This document shows positions 40,330 to 53,713 of a DNA stretch of 64,000 bases, one piece after another. The notes under the pieces are model-generated. The model was given only the letters and a program-made list of their open reading frames with translations, was not told the DNA's origin and ran no database searches. This stretch comes from Octopus sinensis. Lineage: Eukaryota. The stretch spans positions 6,386,001 to 6,450,000 of the forward strand of contig NC_042998.1 of the NCBI RefSeq assembly GCF_006345805.1, given 5' to 3'. Both the position numbers and the translations under genes were made by a program. Position 1 is the stretch's first letter; every line of letters starts with the position of its first letter.

Positions 40330-41340
40330 TTGTATTGTTTATAATAAACTTTATTTTACATTTCTTGCCCAAAAGAGATCATGCCCGATCTTTAGACATA
40401 CTTCTGTATGTCTTCTCAAATCACCATCACAGGAAAAGTTGTTGATAATTCTTATTGACAAAAACAAAGCTGATAAATATGCACCAGTGTTGCAAAATAA
40501 GTTTTAATTACCAATAATCATCAGCTTGGAAGACACTTTACTGAACCGACAGAGGAAGGTAGCTGATCAAACTGATTTTGTAAACAGAATTCTGATTGGT
40601 CAAAAGTGTCTTCTTGTTTCAAGCTCTGAATTTCTGCCTATTCTTGTCAGAACTTTTGATATGGAGTATCGAAATTTTAATTCCTTTCACACTTATAAAA
40701 TATTGAGCAAACTTAAAAAATTGTCATTACTGTTTTAGTGGCAGGAGACCAAACCAGCTAAAATAAACATTAAAAATCAAAAGAAGAAAATAAGCAGCTT
40801 GGCAAGTTTAACTCGGTGTTTATTGAACAAGAAACATGCAAAATTTAAGAAACGATTTGTTAGAATATACACATCTGTGAGGAAACATAAACAAGAATAG
40901 CAAAAATCTACTATACCAAAAGAACTGGTGATACATTACAAGTGTTCTATGGAGACAACACAAGATTGCATAATTCAACATGAATGTGAAATGACATTAA
41001 ACATCGTATAAGGTAAATGAAGGTTTCTGTAGGAATGCTAAGTCATGCTCACTTAGCGAGTTTACATGCACAAGAGTGAGTCATGATGTTGTCGTTGTCG
41101 ACACTAGATGCAGTAAGAGCTAATAGCAGTGATACCGGTGGTGAGGAATTTCATTGTGTTGTAACATGGAGAAAGTGAGCAGTTTCCTGGTACAAACACA
41201 ATTTAAACTCTCTAAGCGGAGAAAAACTGGTCTATTTAAGGAAATTGCTGGGATCCATTGCGATAGGTAGAAACTCCAAGCAATGTAAAATATGGCCCGG
41301 ACCATGATTACCAGCATGAACATCAAACTTCAAAAAGTAG
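40330..41340 (+). pseudogene. Possible heavily decayed piggyBac-like transposase
   Basis: Four weak collinear motifs in different frames: SCPIFRHTS..DKYAPV; YRNFNSFHTYKILSKLKK; IYYTKRTGDTL; KRRKTGLFKEIAG. They resemble piggyBac PIFRATMS..DKLAPI; RNVTMDNFFTS; FYNxTKGGVDTL; RRLFLEELG. Compared by eye only. Confidence 0.4.
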
Positions 41341-41367
41341 TTAACCATTAAATGGTTTTAGTAAATT

Positions 41368-41745
41368 TACTAGCAGTATCGCCCGGCGTTGCTCAGGTTT
41401 GTAAGGGAAATAACTATAAAGCATTTTTAGAGAGTTATAGCCAAAAAATAGCAAAAAAATGGGGAAAAAATGATGGTAAATTTTTTTGAGAGTTAAAAAA
41501 GGTGGAGTTGCGTCCCCTAGACGGTCTGTGGTTTGGGTTTCTGATTCTCGACCCCATGTCGAATTTATCGATTTTTTTTCAGAACTGGGGGAACTTTTCA
41601 AAATTTTCGCTGCGTTAGTTTTGAATTATGACATTGGGCTACGTGTGTGTCAAGTTTCATCAGAATCGGTTGAAAGCCGTGGTCAGAGTGAGGGTACGAG
41701 AAAACAGACACACAGACAGACAAACTGCCGTTTATATATAGAGAG
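41368..41745 (+). mobile_element. Helitron/Helentron-type non-autonomous element (HINE-like)
   Basis: Starts tactagcagtatcgcccggcgttgctc, carries (caga)n near the 3' end and ends tttatatatagag; architecture recalled for HINE/DINE-1-like elements. Confidence 0.55.
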
Positions 41746-42042
41746 AAGAGATACAGAAAAAGTAAGCTTTATACTGTCCAGCATAAATAAAAGTCACCTT
41801 CATTATATTTTTTCTGTAAAAACCTATTCTGACATGAAATGAGTGGACTTCCTGTATGTCATTTTTCAAAACAATATTCTGGAAATGATCTACTCATGTA
41901 ATTTACGCACCCCCTAAAGTTTATTTTTGTTTTTGCAGAAAAAAAGTGCATAAATTAAATGGAACTTTACTGTACTTTGAATTAAACCATGCATTATCTT
42001 GTAGCTTTAATGTGATTACTTTTAGAATGATATAGTAGGATA

Positions 42043-42458
42043 GGCACAGGAGTGGCTGTGTGGTAGTAGCTTGCTTACCAACCACATGGTTCCAGGTTCA
42101 TTCCTACTGCGTGGTACCTTGGGCAAGTGTCTTCTACTATAGCCTCGGGCCGACCAAAGCCTTGTGAGTGGATTTGGTAGACAGAAACTGAAAGAAGCCT
42201 GTCATATATATGTATATATATATGTATGTATGTATGTGTGTGTGTATATGTTTGTGTGTCTGTGTTTGTCCCCCCAACATTGCTTGACAACCAATGCTGG
42301 CGTGTTTACGTCCCCATAACTTAGCGGTCTGGCAAAAGAGACTCATAGAATAAGTACTAGGCTTACAAAGAATAAGTCCTGGGGTTGATTTGCTTGACTA
42401 AAAGGCAGTGCTCCAGCATGGCCACAGTCAAATGACTGAAACAAGTAAAAGAGTAAAA
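42043..42458 (+). mobile_element. SINE family A
   Basis: Full-length match. Confidence 0.9.
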
Positions 42459-43921
42459 GTGTCGTTTCGAATCGAAAGTAGCCTGTTTATTACCTTTAAG
42501 TACTGGAAATAAAGGTAGGAATGTGTTTTATTTTAAGCCCCCTCCTCAAGGAGACAGAATGCACTTGCAGCTAGCTACAGAGGAGAAAACTTATGGATGA
42601 CAAATCGCGGCAACAGCAGATAGAAGGTTAAATGTTTATGGTGTGTTTACCTGTGGTCAGGTTTAGTCAAAATTGGCAGCATTGCAGAAAAGAGGGTTTT
42701 TTTTAAATAGTTTTTTTTAATTTCTTAACCCAAGTAGTCATTTGTGCTATACTTAAAGTTATGCAGGTATAATTGTTAATTGTTAATTACACCTGCATAA
42801 CTAAAAAACAGATACACTTAAAAGAGATAGTGAAAAGGAAAATGTTTGTAATTAATTATATGCAAATTAAACAAGCAAAGACAAACAAAATAAATGGATA
42901 TTCTTAACCTTTTTGCAGTTTATTCATTATTAAATTTACAGATGAGGTGTTAAACTCATCAGAAATATCATACCTAGGTGTGTATAAATTTCCTCACAAC
43001 ATGTAGGAACAAAGCTGATAGCTATCATTCATTCTGCATACAAACTAACAGGGTGTCGGGTGATTGTACTGCTTAAAATTTAATGGTAAAAGCTGGTAAC
43101 ACAGGTTCCGTAAAAGTATTTTTGAGCCAACACTTTCAAAAGGTTTGGTGCCTGACCATTTTTCGGGTAATATTTCCTCCAAATCACATGAGGAAAAGTC
43201 AAACATCGAAGTGTGTACAGAAGAAAGAGGTATATTGTTATAATTGTCGTTTCCAAAGCATTATCTGCCATTAATTCATTAATTAAATCATTGAATAAGT
43301 CATCACTCATCGAATAATTAGCAGCCAATTTTCAAAGAAAGTTCCTTCCAAAAGCTCTGGAAGACATTGCAAAAATCCAAAACCCTATGGATTGTAAATA
43401 TTACATCATCATCATCATCGTTTAACGTCCGCTTTCCATGCTAGCATGGGTTGGACGATTTGACTGAGGACTGGTGAACCAGATGGCAGCACCAGGCTCC
43501 AGTCTGATCTGGCAGAGTTTCTACAGCTGGATGCCCTTCCTAACGCCAATGTAAATAAATACAGAATGTAAATAAATGACAGAAGGAGAGATTCCTCTCT
43601 TAGATTAGAGTTAATAATTTCCTTTATAATAAATATGAAGAGCAGTGGGATGGGGCTCATTTGATGCTGCTTCAAGTGGTAGAGTACTGACAGACAGATG
43701 CAGTGCCGTACAGATCTGTTTTGTACAATCTGTGTGTTAATAAAACACAAAGTTATAGTTGGTTTACAAAACTAGTCACAATTCATAATTTACTTTAAAA
43801 GCGAAAAGCATAGCAGAAGGAGACATATTTTGATTAGAAATACAGCAATAAAAGGGCCTAAAAGCAATAACTAAGAAGAAACTAGGGTAAACTATGAATA
43901 ACTGATAATGAATTCTATGTA

Positions 43922-44188
43922 TTTCGTTTTTGGATTTGGTTTGCAAGATTCTTTATATGGGTTCATGTGTTGAAGCATATTCTGTTGTGTCTGGAGAGTC
44001 ATTTTCTTTTTGTGCCTTATAATGTAATACTCTCACCGGTAAAATTTCTACTATTTTTTCTTATTTTTATTTTCCTAAAAGACGCAACGAAAATTTCAGG
44101 AAAATAAGAAAAAAAAAGTGGAAATTTTACCAGTGAGTGTATTACATTATAAGGCACAAAAAGAAAATGACTCCCCCCAGACACAACA
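43922..44188. repeat. Foldback element with ~100-bp arms (43979-44076 and 44098-44192), flanked by a 12-bp direct repeat
   Basis: gaattctatgta at 43910 and 44189; arms are reverse complements. Confidence 0.8.
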
Positions 44189-44321
44189 GAATTCTATGTA
44201 AAAAAAAAAAAAAAATCATACACAGTATTGTTAATAATGACTGCCAAGGATTCTTTTGACACCTCGAGTGTTTGGAATTACTGACATAGAAAATGAATAA
44301 GATTTTAGGAAGAGATTTCTC

Positions 44322-44542
44322 TTTTCTCTTTTACTTGTTTCAGTCATATGACTGCGGCCATGCTGGAGCACTGCCTTTAGTCGAGCAAATTGTCCCCAGG
44401 ACTTATTCTTTGTAAGCCTAGTACTTATTCTGTCGGGCCCTTTTGCTGAACCGCTAAGTTACGGGGATGTAAACACAACAGCATCAGTTGTCAAGCGATG
44501 CTGGGAGGACAAACAGACACACAAACACATACACACACACAC

Positions 44543-44609
<67 letters not shown>

Positions 44610-44773
44610 ACGATGGGCTTCTTTCAGTTTCCATCTACCAAATCCATTTGCAAGGCTTTGGTTGGCCTGAGGCTATAGTAGAAAACACTTGCCCAAGGTG
44701 CCATGCAGTGGGACTGAACCCAGAACCGTGTGGTTGGTAAGCAAGGTACTTACCACACAGCCACTCCTGCACC
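44322..44773 (-). mobile_element. SINE family A
   Basis: Full-length reverse match. Confidence 0.9.
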
Positions 44774-45012
44774 TATGATTAATTAAAGAGATCGCATAAA
44801 AAGAACCCACACTGGTGCCATGTAAAAAGTACCCAGTATGTGTTGTTAAGTGGTTGGCATTAGGAAGGGATTACAGCTGTAGAAACCATGCCAAAACAGA
44901 CAATTGAAGATTGGTGCAGCTCTCTTGCTTGCCAGCTCCAATCAAACTGTCCAACTCATGCCAGCATGGAAAACAGACATATGATCGTCATTATCAATTA
45001 TTTTATCCAAAA

Positions 45013-45405
45013 GGCGCAGGAGAGGCTGTGTGGTAAGTAGCTGGCTTACCAACCACATGGTTCTGGGTTCAGTCCCACTGCGTGGCATCTTGGGCAAGTG
45101 TCTTCTACTATAGCCTCGGGCTAACCAAAGCCTTGTGAGTGGATTTGGTAGATGGAAACTGAAAGAAGCCTGTCGTATGTGTGTGTGTGAGTGTGTTTAT
45201 GTGTGTCTGTGTTTGTTCCCCCAACATTGCTTAACAACCGATGTTGGAGTGTTTACGTCCCCGTAACTTAGTGGTTTGGCAAAAGAGACCGATAGAATAA
45301 GTACTAGGCTTACAAAGAATAAGTCCTGGGGTTGATTTGCTCGACTAAAGGCAGTGCTCCAGCATGGCCGCAGTCAAATGGCTGAAACATGTAAAAGAGT
45401 AAAAG
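45013..45405 (+). mobile_element. SINE family A
   Basis: Full-length match ending about 35 nt from the DDX49 donor site. Confidence 0.9.
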
Positions 45406-45440
45406 ATACACAAAAAAAAGATTGAGTTCAGACTACTTAC

Positions 45441-45564
45441 CGTGTTGGTGTCACAATAAGAGCAAATATTCCATATGGATCCTCAGAGAGAAGTTGGAGG
45501 ATGGGAAGTGCAAAAGCTGCCGTTTTCCCACTTCCGGTCTTGGCACTTGCAAGACAATCACGGC
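45441..45564 (-). CDS. DDX49: Internal coding exon of DEAD-box RNA helicase DDX49/Dbp8 (motif I to Ia)
   Basis: Minus strand reads ttttattgattccag|GCCGTGAT...ACACCAACACG|gtaagt, 124 nt. It translates (G)[40 protein letters not shown](R): Walker A AKTGSGKT plus the [15 protein letters not shown] string typical of DDX49/Dbp8. Not in the ORF track. No other DDX49 exon was found. Confidence 0.88.
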
Positions 45565-45628
45565 CTGGAATCAATAAAACAAAAGAAAAAAATATTAGAC
45601 CCACTTTCAAAAATTATGAATTAATATT

Positions 45629-46019
45629 GGATGGATGGAAGCACTCCGTTGGTTACGACGACGAGGGTTCCGGTTGATCCGAATCAACGGAACAGCCTGC
45701 TCGGGAAATTAACGTGTAAGTGGCTGAGCACTCCACAGACACGTGTACCCATAACATAGTTCTCGGGGATATTCAGCGTGACACAGAGAGTGACAAGGCC
45801 GGCCCCTTGAAATACAGGTACAACAGAAACAGGAAGTAAGAGTGAGAGAAAGTTGTGGTGAAAGAGTACAGCAGGGATCACCACCATCCCTGCCGGAGCC
45901 TCGTGGAGCTTTAGATGTTTTCGCTCAATAAACACTCACAACGCCCGGTCTGGGAATCGAAACCGCGATCCTATGACCGCGAGTCCGCTGCCCTAACCAC
46001 TGGGCCATTGCGCCTCCAC
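45629..46019 (-). mobile_element. Full-length tRNA-derived SINE family B with 11-bp TSD
   Basis: Head GGAGGCGCAATGGCCCAGTGG (A box)...GGTTTCGATTCC (B box); TSD gaattaatatt at 45618 and 46020. Confidence 0.9.
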
Positions 46020-46595
46020 GAATTAATATTAAGTGTAAGCTAAAGAAATATTTATGTGATGTCTACAGAAGATGTGGTTTCATGTCCCACAGGCATCCTT
46101 CAACATTTTCTATTAAAAAGAGTTTGTCAACCCAATATGTCCATGCTACTATTTATAGCATTAGGTATTTCAAGATTCAATTTTCCGAAAGAGAAATAAG
46201 TTGACATTCTCTCAAAAGTTCATGAATTCTTATGACATCATGAATGATTATATTTTCTGGAAAGGGAAAAGAAATAAGTATGACGATATTTTTATTAGAA
46301 ATGTACGTTTTTTTATTGTTATGCCTCACAAGACACTGAACAGCATTTCTTCTCACTGTTTACATTCTGGGTTCAAATTCTACCAAGACTGGCTTTGCCT
46401 TTCATCCTCTTAAGGGCAATAAGTACCAGTTGAACACTGGGAGTGACATAATTGACTTGACCCTTTCCCATAAATACTGCTGGGCTTGTGCAAAAATTTG
46501 AAATTATTATTTGAACTCATTAATAATTGCTTTTTTGGGTTTTTATTTTAAATTTTTTAGTCTGGAAGGAAGGCAATGCTCATAACTATTTAGGG

Positions 46596-46906
46596 CAGTG
46601 GTTCTCAACCAATTTTTGCATTATGGGCCCCTTTGGTTCCTATTTTACTTAGATGGATCCTCAAAACTATTCCATGTTTTAAAAATCTTATTATTAGATA
46701 TTAAGAATTGTATTTTTAAAAAATTATTAAAATATTTTGCATATTGCATAGGAGTGGCTGTGTGGTAAGTAGCTTGCTTACGAACCACATGGTTCCAGGT
46801 TCAGTCCCACTGCGTGGCACCTTGAGCAAGTGTCTTCTACTATAGCTTTGGGCCAACCAAAGCCTTGTGAGTAGATTTGGTAGACAGAAACTGAAAGAAG
46901 CCCACC

Positions 46907-46960
<54 letters not shown>

Positions 46961-47249
46961 GTGTGTATATATTTGTGTCTGCCCCCCCCCCCACATAGAT
47001 TGACAACTGATGCTGGTGTGCTTACGTCCCCGTAAAATAGCGGTTCAGCAAAAGAGACCGATAGAATAAGTACTAGGCTTCCAAAGAATAAGACCTGGGG
47101 TCGATTTGCTCGACTTTAGGTGGTGCTCCCACATGGTCACAGTCAAATGACTGAAACAAATAAAGGAGTAAAGGAGTATTGCAAATAAACTTTAACAAAA
47201 TCTTATATGAACCCCAAAGGGCCACATGAACCCTGGTTGAGAACTACTG
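46596..47249. mobile_element. hAT (Charlie-like) MITE with nested SINE A
   Basis: TIRs cagtggttctcaacc / ggttgagaactactg; diverged 8-bp TSD atttaggg / gtttagag. Confidence 0.8.
46749..47178 (+). mobile_element. SINE family A nested in a hAT MITE
   Basis: Full-length match inside 46596-47249. Confidence 0.9.
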
Positions 47250-48284
47250 GTTTAGAGTATCTTCTCCAAGATTGATAGGGATAAGGTAGAAGGTACCCTT
47301 AAACCAGAGACCCGGCCCAAATGCTTACAACAGAGCAAACTCTGCTACAGGCACCTATGACTATCATCTTAGTAGCAAAATTTGAGCTCAAAATACAAAC
47401 CATTGGAACAAATATGGCAAAGCATTTGGTCCAACATTCTTACAGTTCCATCAATCAACCATCTTCGAATTTTTTTTTGGGGGGGGGGGGGGGGGCTCCA
47501 GAAAGTATACAAGAGAAATATGGCCTCAGCAGGATTTGAACTTAGAGCACAGAGGATTAAAAACAAATACTGCAGGGGCTTTTGTTTTTTTGTTTTTTCC
47601 CAGATGCTCTAACAACTCTGCCAACTGACCGCCTGAGCTAATGCAATCTCTTAAATAAAAGTGAAACGAATATTCAAATGAGAAAATGAGATAAGTAAAA
47701 GGTCAATGGTATGACAGGATTATTAGGACAATATACAATCATCAAAGCTTATTCATTACATCCATTTAGAGACCATCAGTGCCAGTAATGAACAAATTAC
47801 CATTTACAGTTCTCTACAACTAAGAGATAATGAACTATGTTCCAATAATGGTAGGAAATCAGAAATGAGCTAATGGTCTTACAAAATTATGCAATACTTA
47901 CTCTCTCTTGTATTTTGGTTTGTTTCTGATGTGTTTTTTTTTAAAGCTTGAAGATTTTTTTTCATTAGTTTTTTTTATCTTTTACCATTAACCTTGGTTT
48001 TTTTTTTGGTTTTTTTTTTTTTCAGTCAATGGTCTGCAAGCCATGCTGAGGCACTCCTCAATGTTATTTTAGTCAAACAAATTAGTCTTAGTACTTACTT
48101 AAAAAAAAAAAAAGTTTGGTACGTATTCTAGCATCTCTTTTGCTAAACCTTCAAGTTACAGGGATATAAACAAACCAACACTGGGAGTACTATATGTGTA
48201 TGTGTATGTGTGTGTGTGTATATATATGTATATATATAATAAATAATAAATGCGCCCTTTTAAAGCCTAGCCAGGCTCAAGCCT

Positions 48285-48546
48285 TGAGTGGCTTCTGTGC
48301 TAGTGGCACGTAAAAAGCACCAACCGATCGTGGCCGCTGCCAGTCTTCCCTGGCACCTGTGCTGGTGGCATGAAAAAAACACCCACTACACTCACGAAGT
48401 GGTTGGCATTAGGAAGGGCATCAAGCTGTAGAAACACTGCCAGATCAGACTGAGCCTGGTGCAGCCTCCTGGCTTCCCAGACCCCAGTCAAACCGTCCAA
48501 CCCGTGCTAGCATGGAAAACGGATGTTAAACGATGATGATGATGAG
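48285..48546 (+). mobile_element. Family D retroposon
   Basis: Match with variant modules. Confidence 0.8.
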
Positions 48547-49411
48547 ATATATATATATGAATGACAAGCTTCTATGCAGTTTCTGCCATAAAGCATTGAT
48601 CAGACCAGGGCTTTAGTAGAAGACACTTGCCCAAGGTACTACTGCATGGTACCTTGGGTAATCTAAAACCAGATTATGGGTAAATAAGCTTCTTCTCAAT
48701 CACACAGCCATACATGTACATTTTCTTAAAATCCAGAATATAGATTTTTTTTTTGGACACTGGTACATGAACAAACATCTGTACAGGGAGGAAATAATGA
48801 CTTAATTCTATCTCAATGAATGCAGAGAAAGAGAGAGATTGAAGAGAAATGGCTTAATTCTATTTCAGTGAAAGCAGAGAAAGAGAGAGAGAGGGAAGAG
48901 TAAATAGGCCTCATCTGTAAATGTACAATGCAGAAGAGCAGCAAGAATTCTGTTTGGTATTTTTGCCTGACAATTTACCATTTTTAACACTCAATAATTC
49001 TTACCGAAATAATTATTAAATCGATCTTTAAATCTATAGTACCAAAGAATTTAGCATCTAAAGAAGTCAAATAATGATTTGTGAGGCCACTTGGATATTA
49101 ATAACTGCCTTTACCATAGTTCTGCATACACTAAGAGACAATATGATATAAGAGATTCACAGTAAACTATGGCTTGGCAAAATGAAAAATCTTCAGTGAA
49201 CCAAACTCACCACCATCATCATCATCATCATCATCATCTCATAAATGGTATTACTATACTGCACAAAGGTTATCAGAGAAGTGACTTTATTCTCATTTCC
49301 GACCAATATTTGTCGTATATAAGATATTTATTTCAATATTTTCATTTCTTCTAAGCTTTTTGTAAGGCAATGATTTTTTTTCTTATACATATATATATAT
49401 ATATATATATA

Positions 49412-49780
49412 GGCATAGGAGTGGCTGTGTTACAAACCACATGGTTCCGGGTTCAGTCCCACTGTGTGGCACCTTGGGCAAGTGTCTTCTACTATAGCCT
49501 CGGGCCGACCAAAGCCTTGTGAGTGGATTTGGTAGACGGAAACTGAAAGAAGCCCGTCGTATGTATATGTGTATATGTTTCTGTGTCTGTGTTTGTCCCC
49601 ACAACATCGCTTGACAACCAATGCTGGTGTGTTTACGTCCCTGTAACTTAGTGGTTCGGCAAAAGTGACCGATAGAATAAGTACTAGGCTTACAAAGAAT
49701 AAGTCCTGGGGTCGATTTGCTCGACTAAAGGTGGTGCTCCAGCATGGCCACAGTCAAATGACTGAAACAAATAAAAGAGC
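49412..49780 (+). mobile_element. SINE family A
   Basis: Match with a short deletion in the head. Confidence 0.88.
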
Positions 49781-50550
49781 ATACCAATTATTATAATTAC
49801 CGCAGCCCAGCCAACGAACATTTTGAAGAATGATGTGGGTTGCCATGCAGTAACAGATTCTGAGCAATGTGAAGTTTCAACATCAAATGGCGCCAAAAGG
49901 ATTTAGGTGTAGCTGTATGGTAAGAAGCTCGCTTCCCAACCACATGGTTCCAGGTTCAGTCCCACCACATGGCACCTTGGACAAGTGACTTCTCCTGTTG
50001 TCTCGGGCCAACCAAAGATTGTCGGTGGATCTGATAGACAGAAACTGAAACAAGCCTACTGTATGTGCCTGTGTCCATAATTGTTGTTGCCCACACTGCA
50101 GTGCCCCAGCATGGCCGCAGTCTAATGACAGAAACAAGTGAAAGATAGAACATAAATGTTGACCCTACTATAAAATGAATGGAATTTTGTTTATAGCAGA
50201 ACATTATTTTAAATATATGTGTATGTGTGTGTATGTGTATGTATGTATATGCATGTATATTTGTATATATGTGTGTAAGTATGTACACATATTGATATGT
50301 GTTTAGGTGTAGATATATGTATATCAAACATTGAATGGTCAACCACCTGTTCTTTTAGAAACCCAAGGGAGTGCCAAGTGAAGAATGGACACAACATTTT
50401 CTTTATATTTTTATTTTTATATTTTAGTTTTTTCCCTTTCTTTCTTTCTCATTTTCAAGATCACACAGTATGTGTATGTGTAAATGTTTATGAAAATGTA
50501 CACACACAATAGGTTCCTCCATATGTGTATGTATATGTGAGTGTATGTGG

Positions 50551-50581
<31 letters not shown>

Positions 50582-50611
50582 TATATGTAGGGATATATGT
50601 GTGGGTGTACA

Positions 50612-50846
50612 TCATCATTCATCATTGTTCCACAGTGGTCTAGACAATGGAATTTACTATGTTATGCCAGACTTCACCGTCCATCATAGCATTACGGAGG
50701 TCCTGTTGCTGGATGCCTGTATCCCTGGAGATTACATCAGGGTAGGAGAGTGTGCGCCCTCTGGTATTGCGAGTAGATGGCTTCCAGAGGAGAAGAGTAG
50801 AAATTACTTCTTTTTCAGCTCTACAACAATGTCCAGCAAACTGGAC
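50612..50846 (-). mobile_element. RTE-clade LINE 3' end, cut by the assembly gap
   Basis: 50846->50640 reads VQFAGHCCRAEKEVISTLLLWKPSTRNTRGRTLSYPDVISRDTG...AMMDGEVW...*, an RTE C-terminal pattern, followed by a (GAT)-rich tail. Confidence 0.8.
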
Positions 50847-50848
50847 TC

Positions 50849-50948
50849 NNNNNNNNNNNNNNNNNNNNNNNNNNNNNNNNNNNNNNNNNNNNNNNNNNNN
50901 NNNNNNNNNNNNNNNNNNNNNNNNNNNNNNNNNNNNNNNNNNNNNNNN
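50849..50948. other. Assembly gap (100 N)
   Basis: Run of N; true size unknown. Confidence 0.99.
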
Positions 50949-51164
50949 AAGTCAGAGCCATTTTAAAAGTTTCTTCTTCGTTTAGAAGAAACGTAAAAAA
51001 TATTTTTTCCATTAAAAGGAAAAAGATTAAAACTTATATGTCAAAACTTCAATTATTATTTCAATTAGGAAACTGTCAGGTTTTCTGAGATTAATAGGAT
51101 ATCAATACATTTCCTTCTTTCTATAAACATAACTGAATGCGTGTGCATGTGAGGGTGTTTATAA

Positions 51165-51184
51165 ATATATATATACACATACAT

Positions 51185-51215
<31 letters not shown>

Positions 51216-51408
51216 CATACATACACACACACACACATATATATATACACACACACACACACATATATATACATACACACACATATATATACACACACAC
51301 ACATATATATATATATACATACACACACATAAACACACACATATATATATATATATACATACATATACACACACACACACACATATATACATATACGTAT
51401 ACACACAT
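51165..51408. repeat. (TA)/(CA) microsatellite
   Basis: Direct reading. Confidence 0.95.
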
Positions 51409-51910
51409 TACTTACTGTTTGTTTCCTATACTGGCATGGGTCGGGCGGTTCGACACGAAACTGGTAAGCCTGAACACAGCACCAGGCTCAGTTTTCTGCT
51501 TTGGCATGGCTTCTATTATGGTTGGATGCTTTTCCTAAAGCTAAAGAATACATACACACACACACACACAAACATATATATATATATATTTATTTACCAG
51601 TATCAATCTATGGGCTCTGGCCATGCTGGAGTACTAATGCACTGGTGTTACTATTTCTACAGCCTTCCTTTTGTGGTGTGTTTAAGACAAAGGAAGGAGT
51701 TTTTTGGCAGAGTTTTGGACCCTAAGCTGTTCACACTTTAGTTAATATAGTAGTCTTAATTTCAGTTAATTTTTAAAATAATGAAGAATTTAGTAAAATT
51801 AATTTTGCAGAGAACTGTTGGTGCTGCCAACTATGGTTGTTTTCGGAATAAAAAAGGGAGGGAAAAAGAGAGTACTAGGAAACAGAAGGAAGGGTGGAGT
51901 TTAACTTTAA

Positions 51911-52131
51911 CCCTTTGGCATTTAAACCGACCATATCCGGCCCCAAATATTCTACCTCTTTTACAGTCAAACTGACTGGATCCAGCCTCTTACATTAATC
52001 CTACAATGCCATGCTAAAAATAAACAATAACATCGTCAAAATCTCAAAGCTACAAGATAATGCATGAGTTATTTAAATCAACATAGATAAATAAGCATTG
52101 CATTTGACAAAATAATCTGAACACTAAAGGG
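51911..52131. mobile_element. TTAA MITE P1
   Basis: TTAA|CCCTTTGGC...CTAAAGGG|TTAA. Confidence 0.85.
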
Positions 52132-52234
52132 TTAAGGGGAGGGAGCCACTCAGTTTATAATGTTTTCCTTTTGCTTTATCATTATTATGTGAGGTTTTTT
52201 TCTTATGAGCGAAAGAACTTCTGAAATAATATTT

Positions 52235-52508
52235 CCGCCCCAACTGGCCTCCGTGCCGGTGACACATAAAAAGCACCATCCGTTCGTGACCGTTGCCAGT
52301 CTCGCCTGGCCCCCGTGCCGGTGGCACGTAAAAAGCACCCACCACACTCGCGGAGTGGTTGGCGTTAGGAAGGGCATCCAGCCGTAGAAACACTGCCAGA
52401 TCAGACTGGGCCTGGTGCAGCCTTCTGGCTTCACAGACCCCAGTAGAACCGTCCAACCCATGCTAGCATGGAAAACGGATGCTAAATGATGATGATGATG
52501 ATGATGAT
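52235..52508 (+). mobile_element. Family D retroposon
   Basis: Match with variant modules. Further partial copies at ~4640-4900, 32195-32330, 43405-43550 and 62650-62850. Confidence 0.8.
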
Positions 52509-52588
52509 ATAATTTGGATTATTAAGCTGCAGTTTGGAACAAATTAACATGAAATTTTGATGGTAAGCTTTAATTAAAATCCCTTTAA

Positions 52589-52808
52589 CCCTTTCGTTAC
52601 CAACCCGGCCAAAACCGGCTCTGGCTCTGAGTACAAATGCCTTGTTTCCATAAGTTTTGAATTAAAATCTTCCACCAAACCTTAGTCACAATTTATGTTC
52701 CTAACACTAGCTTAATGATACCGAAGTTATTTTACTAAATTCTCAGTTATATTTAAAGTAATTGAAAGAAACACAGAGCATCTCAAAATAAATACAGTAA
52801 TGAAAGGG
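52589..52808. mobile_element. TTAA MITE P2
   Basis: TTAA|CCCTTTCGTTAC...GAAAGGG|TTAA. Confidence 0.85.
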
Positions 52809-53462
52809 TTAAAACAGAAAATTTGTCTCACAGAGCCAGAGATGGACTCAGCCATGTTGGTAGCAAAAGGGTTAAAGTACTGCAAAGACTTGTTCTGGTA
52901 CATTCTTCTTTAATCGGCAAGAACATATAGAGCTGTCACTTCCTCGGTACACACCAGTTTTTATCCAGATTCAATCAAGAAACCTGTTTCTCCTCTTCTC
53001 CTCATCCTAACCTCCTCTCTCCTAGTCTATCCACCACCTTACCATCCAAATCTTCCCTCACATATGCCAACCATCAGGAATTCATTTGCCCCACATTTTT
53101 TCCCAATTTCAAACTTGACGCCAACGCTATCAATCTTACCAAACTGGTAATGCTTGCAAAGATCATAGAACACTGGCTTCCAATTCCTGAGAAGAGAAAC
53201 AGGTTTCTTGAGAAGGCCTTGGTATAAATGGTATGTAGTTAACCAGTTGAGGGAAGTCATAGTTTTGTATTATCCTAACCAAGAATGAACACTAGCAAGC
53301 TTTTGCAGTGCTTTATCATTTTTGGACCGTATTTCTAATTAAATGCACTAATTACCTGCTATAATTCATCAACTAAAATAATTAACAGTTTGTCTCCATT
53401 TTTTCCCCTTCATTTATAGCAAACTGTAACAAAAAGGATTAGTTGAATAAAATTCATATTCT

Positions 53463-53670
53463 TACTCTTTTACTTGTTTCAGGCATTTGACTGTGGCCAT
53501 GCTGGAGCACCACCTTTAGTCGAGCAAATCGACCCCGGGACTTATTCTTTTGTAAGCCTAGTACTTATTCTATCGGTCTCTTTTGCCGAATCGCTAAGTA
53601 GCGGGGACATAAACACACCAGCATCGGTTGTCAAGCAATGCTAAGGGGACAAATACAGACACACAAACAT

Positions 53671-53713
<43 letters not shown>

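Noticed and set aside
53039-53260. 73-aa minus ORF as DDX49 exon 1
   Set aside because: Lacks the F..LGL...PT.VQ..CIP Q-motif pattern.
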